Shown here: in pieces, positions 53,811 through 64,000 of the stretch
Layout of the letters: every line of letters starts with the position of its first letter
Position numbering within the stretch: position 1 is the first letter of the stretch
Assembly (NCBI GenBank): GCA_964016885.1
Contig: OZ024743.1
Location: 111,414,001-111,478,000, forward strand
From: Eledone cirrhosa
Taxonomy: Eukaryota
Direction of reading: 5' to 3'
Length of the DNA stretch: 64,000 nt
Made by a program: the position numbers and the translations under genes
Notes under the pieces: model-generated
The model's input: the letters and a program-made list of their open reading frames with translations, nothing else
What the model was told of the DNA's origin: nothing
Database searches by the model: none

Positions 53811-55859
53811 GAGAGAAAGAGAGCCAGCGAGTACGAGAAGAGAGGATGTATATAGTTTTTGATATATACGACATCGTAGCATTATGTGGTGTCCTGGTAA
53901 AATCGGGCAAATGGATGATATATTCTGCATTTTTAAAGTAAGGTGTAAGACTCAAATTTGAGGATTGGTTTATCCCATGTAAAATATATGCTCCTATGTA
54001 AATGACTGAGAATATAGTACTAAAATAATTACAATGGATTTTAAGCCTTTGAACTCCTCCACATATTTCTCAATTATTAAACTAATAGCTGTGATATCCA
54101 CTCAGTGTGAATATTGTTATATGCAACAGTCCTTTGACAGTGAAAGCCAAAACTTGAAGGACAATTATACTCCATTCATTCAATTCTTTCAAAGCCGACA
54201 TCTGTTGAAGAAACATTATCTCTGCTATACAGAACACAATTGAAAATAGAAAAAGTTTGCAAAGAAAACCAAAGGACAACATAACTTACATTGTTTGATA
54301 TACACATTTATAAAACAATGGAGGACAAATAGAAAGAGTTATCAGTTTGGCCCATATGCGAGGTGTATAAACAAGCGTTCTTCCATCCATCTTTTTTTTC
54401 GTCTTCTTTTCAATATAATGAATTCTGGGTAAACAATATATCAATCGATAAAGATTATTATTCTATGTTGTATTTCGCTTGCAGATAAGCAGTTTTTGGA
54501 AACCTTTTCTCCCCACCCACTATAAGAATTTTGACCTTCTAATTGATTACCATTCCTTAATAGATTAATGTCAAAAACAACATTATATATCACCTTTGAT
54601 AGCAACAGTTTATTCCTTAACAACCGACAACACATTTTACCACTTTTCACATGGTGTAGCCATATTCATTCATTTTATTTTTTTCCTTCGTTTATTTTTC
54701 ATATCTATTTTTCTTCATTTTTTTCTGCTTTCTTTCTATCCATTTTAATATTCACTACGACATTCATCACTATCACCATCTTTCTCCATACCTCTCCTCC
54801 TTCCTTCCCCGTCTTCTCCTCCTCTTTCATAACATCACCATAATCATCATCACCATCATCATCTTGATTTTATTGTGATAGTTTTTTCTTCCATTTCGTG
54901 CATATTTTTATTTCATCTATTCCCTCTTTAACTGACTTGATACATCTCTTATCCTTTCATGTTTTCCTCTCTCTACTTTTCACACTATATCTTTCTTTCA
55001 TATATTTTCTCTTCTACTGATTTCTGTATTATTTATTGTGTTCTATCATCCATTCGTTTTTTTTTTCTTTCTCACTAACTATAACTTTCAATTTCATTAT
55101 TTTATCAAACTTTCTCTATTTCCCTAATTAATAACTCTAATCATTAACGCCAGGACCATCACTAACTTTTCTCTCTATGAAGAAAGTTTATTCATAATTC
55201 ACTATATAAATCACCGTTATCCAAAATGAATTAAAGAAGTAGGTGGGTGGCAGAAATTAGATAATAGAATGAAAACCGAGTAAAAGAAATAAAAGGAAAA
55301 ATAACAGATGAAGAAAATAACTATAAAAATGATGAAAAAAAATTGTAACAAGTATATTGTCATAAAGAAACATACAGTGAAAGAATGTTTTACAAATTGC
55401 AACATAAGAGATTTATTTCCCTACTGTTTATCATTTATTTGAACCAAATTCCAAATTGTTGTGATAATGCTATATCAAAATGAAACAACTTAATGATAAC
55501 CGAGGTAGATTAGTTGTCACCAAAATAAATATATACGGGGACATGTGATAATTAGTACAGCGAAACTGTTTGCCTTTCTAGGATGAATGAAAACAAGCGA
55601 GGAAAACTAAAGTATAAACAAATTGGATAAATGGAAGAATATCCATTGTGCCAAACACAGAATGCCAAAGTATACGAATTAATAATACTGCAAAGAGCAT
55701 GTGTCTTTTGGATGCTAGGATAACAATGTAGCACATTCTTCGAGCCAAACCTAATGAGTTACGATTTTTGAAATATATAACAATTATCAAACTAGTATCG
55801 ATTTAGTTTAACAAGTACTTGAAAAGCGTACGAATGTGATCGAGATGACCTTTAGAATG

Positions 55860-56620
55860 TTTTGCAAGTGTAATGGATTGACGGACAGCTTCTTGTTGTC
55901 TTGAAGTCTCTATACGAAGGCGTTTGTATATGTTTGAATATACGGTGCTATATCAAAACTATACAACAAGGGTTTTGGAATCCGCTAATGGTGCGTCTCG
56001 TCTCCTCACCTCGTCATATACTTCTTGGAATTACCTGAAATGTGCAGCCAGGTTGCATTGTGGTATCAAGACTGGCGAGTGTAGGAGAAGTTTTCAGGGA
56101 TTTGCAGTTGACATATTGGTAATTATCCCGTCGGAATGTGATATCCGACATGCATTCAACAGGTTTGCCACCGAGTGCTGCCCGACAGGAAGGAACACCC
56201 GTGCTGCAAAGACTCAGGTACTCATTTAAACCTGGGTTGTGCACTCTACATGTGAGTGGAGTTCCACTGATGCAGGCGAAGAGGGCGAAGCCAGAAAGTT
56301 GATTTAAATGCAATATTTGCTGGAACTGGTAAAATATTGCCATATTTTCGCATTCGTTCATTAAAAGAACGGAGATAGGCGTGAAAGCCTAACTTGCTAC
56401 CTTCAGTTCAATGTTCCCTTACACATACTCCTAAATAATAGGTAATGACGGAAGAAATATGTTCGGGAATACAAGAGACCGAAATGGGGTTCCTCTGTAG
56501 GGTCTTGGAGTAATGTTACTCGATAGGCTCCATAGCGTAGGGCCAATACTTCTTGGAATTGGTTGATCACAGCTCCGATACTATTGACACGTATTAGAAT
56601 GTCGCAGAAACGAATCTAAT
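55860..56620 (+). pseudogene. Decayed RTE-type LINE fragment
   Basis: Homology to 44410-44810 (gcactctacatgtgagtggagttcc; ttggagtaatgttactcgatagg; gatcacagctccgat). Confidence 0.6.
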
Positions 56621-56789
56621 TTAACTGAAAACCTAATATCGCAACATCAATTGAATAGTGAATAAATTGCTTATTCTTGATAGTCCTTTAGACCTAACAT
56701 GGAGTTCCTCACATTTAATTACATTAATATTAAAATTTCATAACGAATTATGATGTGTTTTTTTTTATACCTATACCAACTTCACTGTA

Positions 56790-56857
56790 TATCCCATATT
56801 CATAAGTGTATGAATTAATGTATATACATTAATTCATTCACTTACGAATATGGGATA
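56790..56857. repeat. 68-bp near-perfect palindrome followed by a ~26-bp direct duplication
   Basis: atcccatattcataagtg.atgaattaatgtat|atacattaattcat.cacttacgaatatgggat. Confidence 0.88.
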
Positions 56858-57798
56858 AACATTTGCTTATGTAATTCATATTAAATACACATATGCTTAT
56901 GTAATTCATATTAAGAATCTACACAGTCGTAAAGCTCTTTAGTAAACCATCACTGCTAATTATGCATTTCATCCTTAATTATTAAGTAACACGATTGTAT
57001 ATAGCCACACTATAATTCAGGGCATCAATTAAACAGACGACCGTACACCATAACACACTCCCTTGTTAGATTTTCTGATTTGAATTTGCCACTAGATATC
57101 ATAATTCAGCAAGCCGTTATTATCAAGCCACTTTATGTTTTCTACTCCTGATTTTCTATCATAATAAAGTGACTAATTTGCCTAATATTAATTATGTTAT
57201 TTTATCTATTGCATACCTATTAATGCGGAAACACTTATCATTTACTGTTGTGGCTTTTGGGCTGTTTTGATTCTATTTCAGTATATTGTTTACCTATCAG
57301 CAATATATGTACTTCACATGCTTACACGAAATAAAATATACCACATTATAGCAAATCAAAAATCATACTTCTTCGCAATGTTTAACAGGTTGTACATCTC
57401 GCTTTCTATATTCATTAATAGTCTATATTCAACATTTGAGGATATCAATATTGGTATCGTCAAATGTATTTTTATTGAATTTAATCGCTCTTAGTAATCG
57501 TAAATGTTATGCAGGTGATATATTGTGTAAATAGTTATTAGATAAAACTGATTGATTATTTGTTTGCATATACACCTGTATAGAAACGAAGGTAGATATT
57601 AAATATTGTTTTATTTTCAAAACCTTGGTTCTATTCGGTTTAAATATTTATGGTATGTTAACCTCATTGACCTCAACAAATAGAACCTTAAAGTGCAGAA
57701 TATTATTTCGATTGTTTTGAATCCCTTACGTGCTGTAGACATTAAGTGCGCATTGAGCTTCTCTAACCTTACCAAAATTGTAATCAATTCCAAATATA

Positions 57799-57864
<66 letters not shown>

Positions 57865-58273
57865 AACATTCCTCTCTTTTGCCCCCCTCTCTCTCTCTAT
57901 GTTCCTCTATCTTACACTACTACCCCTTATTTCATTTCCTAAGGTCAATCCAACTTTGTATTTTGAAAATTCGCATGCTACAGTATCTTTCTTGATTGCC
58001 TATTATAACATAGTGTAGCAATAATGGACTGACATTCTGATGAAACAATTGTTAATACGTGGATTAAATTCTTTTGTAACTGTTTACCTTCGTCCTATTT
58101 CTCTTCTTTGATTACACTCATCGTTTGTTCGTGTTTCCACTACAGATTCCCTACCAACCTGTCGAGTCACGTTAACGTATGTTGAGAACTTTCCTCACAA
58201 CTTGTTCTACTAAGCTTTGGAATACTCCTAATAACTGAATATATATATATATATATAGAGAGATAGATATATG

Positions 58274-58540
<267 letters not shown>

Positions 58541-58541
58541 A

Positions 58542-58578
<37 letters not shown>

Positions 58579-58686
58579 GTATATATATATATATGTCTGT
58601 ATATGTATAGATGTGTATATATATATATACATATGTGTGTGTGTATATATATATATATGTATATATATAGAGAGAGATAGAGAGAT

Positions 58687-58759
<73 letters not shown>

Positions 58760-58767
58760 TATATATA

Positions 58768-60628
58768 TAGTATTAAGGATACTACTTATGGTTATGTATA
58801 TAAAAAAAACCTTTTATAGTTATATATATTTTAAACTCTAAATAGTGAAAGACAGTAATTCATTACTATCTTATTACCAGTAAGATAAATAGCTCAATGT
58901 AATAACATCAGTTGTCTTACAGAGCAGTTATATAGAAATGGCATGAACCTCCTTAATAAAAAACCTCCTTCATAAAAAATCAGAAGTGTTCGCGTCTTGC
59001 CAACACCGCTTCCGACACTATTTCTAAAACATTAAACCCAATATATAACAATGTCAGACTTGAAGACGTCACCACCTCTAGCAACTAGCATCAGGGGCTC
59101 ACCTTACACCTCATCTCCACACCCATTAATCCACTTCAACGCAAATAGTGGCACCCTAATAGTACCTTTTACCCTAGATATATCCCCATGTACTTCTACT
59201 TTTGGTATATTGGCCTTGAATTACTTGGACTACATTGCACTAATATATAATTAATGTAAACTGTAGGCCCTGAATTGGTTGTGCTAACATTGTCCTGTGC
59301 ATGGAGTGCCAGCATAGGATAGATAGAAGATTAAGTAATTAATTTATTAAAAGGGCTATATATTCTATATGCTGAGTACAATGAATTATGTACAGGTGAT
59401 ATATGAGTTATGAGTATATGTATGGCTTGATGGCCAGATTAGTGTCTTTGTATGAGAGAATTGATCTCTGGACCACCCTGGTGATATTTAACTTTGCCAT
59501 GCATTCAGACATACAATGACCCAGAGCTTACCGGGAGTTATATATAGTAATAAGACCCTGCCACACTTACAAAGATCATTGATTTGGAGGTCTGACTATT
59601 CTTGTAGAATGTTCGGTTGTGGCACTCCATGATAGAAGGTAATCATCCTGATATGAACACCTTTAGTACTTCTTGATAGACTACACTGTAATTTATAGAT
59701 AAGATACTCAAATGTAGAAATTGTTTGTAACCTTATATGATAGGGACTCATTTGAAACACCATTAATGTACTTTAGGATAATAAATTTAACTATGAAAAT
59801 CAGGTAGTTACCTCCCCTTACGCATTAACTCCCATTATGCATTAACTCCCCTTAGTCACACACACACTTCCGGAATATAATACAATGTCATCTCTCACAA
59901 CAAAAACAACCTGATCTATGAATCAAATTAAGGAACGACAAGATATGATTTATAACATGGTTCACCAGGCACCCAATGTTGAATCATCGTGGATTGTGTG
60001 ATGGACATGTAGTCTATAAATTGTGTTTCCTGGATTGTATGAGTGGTGGTGGGTGCGAGGAGAGTGGTGGTGTTGTGCTTCTCATTTGTAATATTTTTGA
60101 TATTTTTGGTGTTTCTCTACAAACGGGCTTATATATCGTATAGGTGTGTGTGAAAAATGCTTTAACAATACAGCCCCCATGATGCTATTGATTGTCTGTT
60201 TTAACTGCTTGTTTTTACATGTAACAATCTGCCGCACTATAATCTTGTATAAATAAGACACGCGTGCATGCCACACGTGAGACTGTTTCATACACTGACT
60301 ATTCTAAACTTTCCTCTTGCTTTATCTTCATAAACTGCCAATGTTTTACTTTTATTTTAATTTTAATTTTAATTTTAACTTTAATTTTGTCCATTAATAT
60401 GACTGTAACCTTTGTATGTAAATTGCCATACTATATTATTATGATGGATGTCAACCCACTGTGGGTCAATATATACATATGTTTTTTATATGTCTCTTGT
60501 GTTGAAAAGGAGGTCAAGTATGTAAAAAAATCACTAAATAGTTGCTCCGAAGAATCCAAATCTCGGTTTGGAGGAAACAATTGTAAGCAAATAAAGGATT
60601 TAAACTGAACTTTGATTCATGTAATTTA
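58768..60628. mobile_element. PLE related to 1810-6249: tail on the minus strand (58768-58933) joined to plus-strand EN C-terminus and pLTR (58945-60628)
   Basis: 58768-58933 resembles the reverse complement of 6084-6249; 58945-59100 resembles 4468-4615 (KKSEVFASCQHRF..KPNI*); hammerhead at 60542. Confidence 0.85.
60542..60590 (+). ncRNA. Minimal hammerhead variant
   Basis: ttgct-CCGAAGA-a-tccaaat(ctcg)gtttgga-g-GAAAC-aatt-GTA-agcaa; palindrome ACAATTGT. Confidence 0.8.
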
Positions 60629-60652
60629 TATATATATATATATATATACACA

Positions 60653-60765
60653 CAGTTCAAGAGTTACCAATCTTAAAGAGAGAGATGAAGATAGGAGAGG
60701 AGAGATTGGTGAATTAGTTGGAAGCCAAAGCGTAAAGGCATATGCGAGATCTCACACAATGCAGC
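60653..60765. repeat. Interspersed repeat, copy 1 (copy 2 at 63369-63485)
   Basis: cagttcaagagt.accaatcttaaagagagagatg...gattggtgaattagtt.gaagccaaa..cgtaaaggcat. Confidence 0.8.
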
Positions 60766-61140
60766 CTCGACAGAAGAATACTGCTTGATTAAGGTAGACA
60801 ATTGATACACCCATGACAGCATAGTAAAATACCAATATATGGAACATTACATTTATGTAACATTCTATCCTTATTTTAATTTATATTCCTTTGAAGTTCC
60901 AATGAGCCGCTCTATCTTTAAATATGTTAATTATTTTCAACTGAACCAGATCAATAATGATATATAGTCATTTGATCCAGAAATATTATATGGAGTAGCG
61001 AAACAATTGTAAACGGGCATTATTATTATTAATACTATTATTAATATTCTCTTCATTGCTTACATCAAACTAAAATATGTTGACAATCTTTTAATAATGC
61101 CTTCCTTGTGAAATTTGTGATCTTGTTCTGCTTAACTAAC

Positions 61141-61199
<59 letters not shown>

Positions 61200-61463
61200 T
61201 ACCATATATATATGTAGGTATCTTTGTGTGAGGTTGATGGTACGCTGACTGAAAACGTGTATTGTTGTGTGAGTATATAAATTGATGGATCATATATTTT
61301 CTTCGCTTCCATGTATGACTACGGATTACACACCATCAATAGACGTGTTTTCAGCCTCCCTTTCAGTTGTATAGCGATGTATTGTCGATCTGCTGCCCAT
61401 AAATTAGTTTGTATATTTATCTTTATCCATAAGCGTATGCTCATATCAATACATACATATCTA

Positions 61464-61601
<138 letters not shown>

Positions 61602-62207
61602 TATGTACATATTTCCCATGTTTCTACGTGTAATTTATGTACCAATACATCAGGCGAATCTATGCAACTAATCCTAAAACATTTGACTTGCTGTTGCTGT
61701 TTATCATAACATCTACCGCCCAAACATCCACCCTAATCGAAAGTAAATACATTCAATGATGAAAACAATTTCTCTCTAATTTTGTCTGAGAACATATTTT
61801 ATTCGAGATGTAAGGCTCAGCATTCTCATGTTAAGAAAAATGATCAATTAATATACGTGTCATTTCTGGCAGATAAAATTACGCTGATATCACTTAGACA
61901 TACAGACTTTCCTAAATATCTGATTAGTTGCCAGTCAGTTGTATCAGCACAACTGGTTGTACTCTCAAGACATATGTTTACAGAGAAGAATGTTGCCAAA
62001 GATTAGATGTGAACAGAAGGATGAAATATGGAAATAAAGTTTGAAGGTTAAGTATTAAGAGATAACTTGTTCTCGGAAATCAAATCTAAAAAATAGAATA
62101 TATTTCATTGTAATTGTCTATAATGACTTACGAGTATACATTGGGTAACTGGTATTATTCATCATATGTTTCCGACTCTTTCGATATATATACACACACA
62201 CACACTC

Positions 62208-62294
<87 letters not shown>

Positions 62295-63368
62295 GTGTAT
62301 TTATATATCACAAATATATATTCATATAAATATATAATGTATATGCATATGATTACATAGAGAGACTGATACGTACGTGTTGTATTTGCGTTTGTGTACA
62401 CGTCTGCGATACCTTTTGGATGCCTAATGTGTTTCTATTTGCGGATGTGTTTATTGTGTTCTACGTATTCACATAGAAAATATGACAGACTCACGAAGAC
62501 ACCCACACACACATATACTAATATACAGGCATATACATGCTCACATAAATGTAAGAATATATCTAGTATGGTATTGTCCCGATATTTTCCGACTTATCCA
62601 TATACATAAACGCCTAAATAAAGTTTCTAGTTAGTGAAAACAATGTTTATTTTCAAAGTTACTCCATTATCACGCAAGTTGACGTCATCAGCTAGAGGTC
62701 ATGAAACTCACTCTTGTTTTGTTGGTGTACGATAATAATGTTTAGGACTAAAAACGATTAAATGGTTGCATATACATTCCTGAAAAAATGTTCAATATAT
62801 TGAATCAGGTACCTTCTTTCATTAATATGTACATAGTGCATTGCTGAATTAGAGTTGCGATCATGTATTTGTAAAAGGCTGGTAACAATCTTCTCCTCTA
62901 TGCTTCTGTCGTATTCACAACCATTAGTGAAGTAAAATGCACTATATAACCATAAAGAAATGTTTAATATCTCACGATAGAGACTATAATGTTGAGTTTC
63001 AGCATTAATGTTATAATATCCATGCAAAAACTACTACCATTATGAAAATTAGCGAATCATGATTTAGATTATGAAGTATCTTCTATATGTGTATGCCTAT
63101 ACATTATTTTCTTCAGTATGGATTTAAACACAATCTAGCATGACGCTGATTTTCACCCATTACTTTTTTCTGCTCTGTTTTTTTGTTATACACGTCTAGC
63201 TTTCTATTTTTTTCTTTTTCGCCCTCTTATACTTCCGATGAAGAACTAACATCAACAACGTTAACATACAATGTCTAATATATCAAGCGTTAAACATATC
63301 ATCAATCTACCGTAAGTTCTCTCGCGTGGTTTCTCTTTGTCAACCTTTCGCATGTATATATATATATA

Positions 63369-63485
63369 CAGTTCAAGAGTAACCAATCTTAAAGAGAGAG
63401 ATGGAGATAGCAGAGGAGAAGAGAGATTGGTGAATTAGTTAGAAGCCAAACGCGTAAAGGCATGTGCTCAATGTGCAATATGCAG
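63369..63485. repeat. Interspersed repeat, copy 2
   Basis: As above; both copies start immediately after a (TA)n tract. Confidence 0.8.
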
Positions 63486-64000
63486 TGGAAGGCAACTAGG
63501 TGGCTTGGTTTATGCCAAGATTAGGTGCAGAGAGCTGGAAATATTCATTAGTTAAGAAAAAAAAGACCACAAATTTCACAAGGAAGACATTATTTAAAGA
63601 TTGTCAGCATAGTTGTAATGATAGAGCGGAGCTAACTATTAGCTGTCAACATCGAAGGGCTAATTCCTTCGCCAACAGAATATTTGACCCAACATAGTCA
63701 TCTAATCCCACTTTTTTTTTCTAATAACTAACATGTTAAATAGTTAGAGCTAACTTAGATAATTATATGTTACCTCCCTTACAATGTCTCTCACTTAAAC
63801 TCATTAGCACTTCTTAACTATAAACCACCTACAATTTCTAATTTCTTGAGGAGTTACTTACCCTGAGACCACCCTCTAAATGGTAAGATAAATATGTCCT
63901 TTGGCGGCCATCTTGTTACCCATAGGCAGATGTCGCATAACGCAGCCGCGACAAAAGAAATTGCTCGCCTATGGCAGACAATAGATAGACCCAGGATACC

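Noticed and set aside
54034-54282. Non-repetitive ORFs / possible host exon
   Set aside because: No recognisable domain and no convincing splice-frame continuity
58030-58060. CTGATGAAACAATTGTT with palindromic ACAATTGT
   Set aside because: No stem II and overlapping core motifs; probably chance
58160-58240. Possible minus-strand exon after ttcag
   Set aside because: Short, with no supporting homology

Overview
AT-rich, microsatellite-dense eukaryotic (animal) non-coding DNA. The SINE, LINE and (TA)n landscape suggests a cephalopod such as Octopus, which is an inference. No host protein-coding gene can be supported, and most ORFs in the track are microsatellite artefacts. The window contains: (i) several Penelope-like elements (PLEs) inserted in (TA)n tracts: a 4.4-kb element with ~1.5-kb inverted pLTRs around an intact RT-thumb/GIY-YIG ORF, a near full-length decayed Neptune-like element plus an internally deleted copy, and other truncated PLE ends; (ii) about a dozen type-I hammerhead ribozyme motifs in these elements, several with non-canonical cores and covarying palindromic stem III; (iii) small (100-550 bp) palindromic, hammerhead-derived elements sharing one architecture: a 3' tail, plus an inverted arm that starts at a TA micro-tract at the tail boundary; (iv) decayed LINEs (CR1/L2-group, Dong/R4, Hero-like, RTE); (v) about 10 copies of a tRNA-type SINE; (vi) a U6 snRNA pseudogene. 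The most interesting signal is the shared tail + inverted-arm architecture across unrelated PLE families. It suggests a fixed-site twin-priming or fold-back integration mechanism at (TA)n targets, sometimes folding exactly at hammerhead stem II. All alignments and folds were done by eye.
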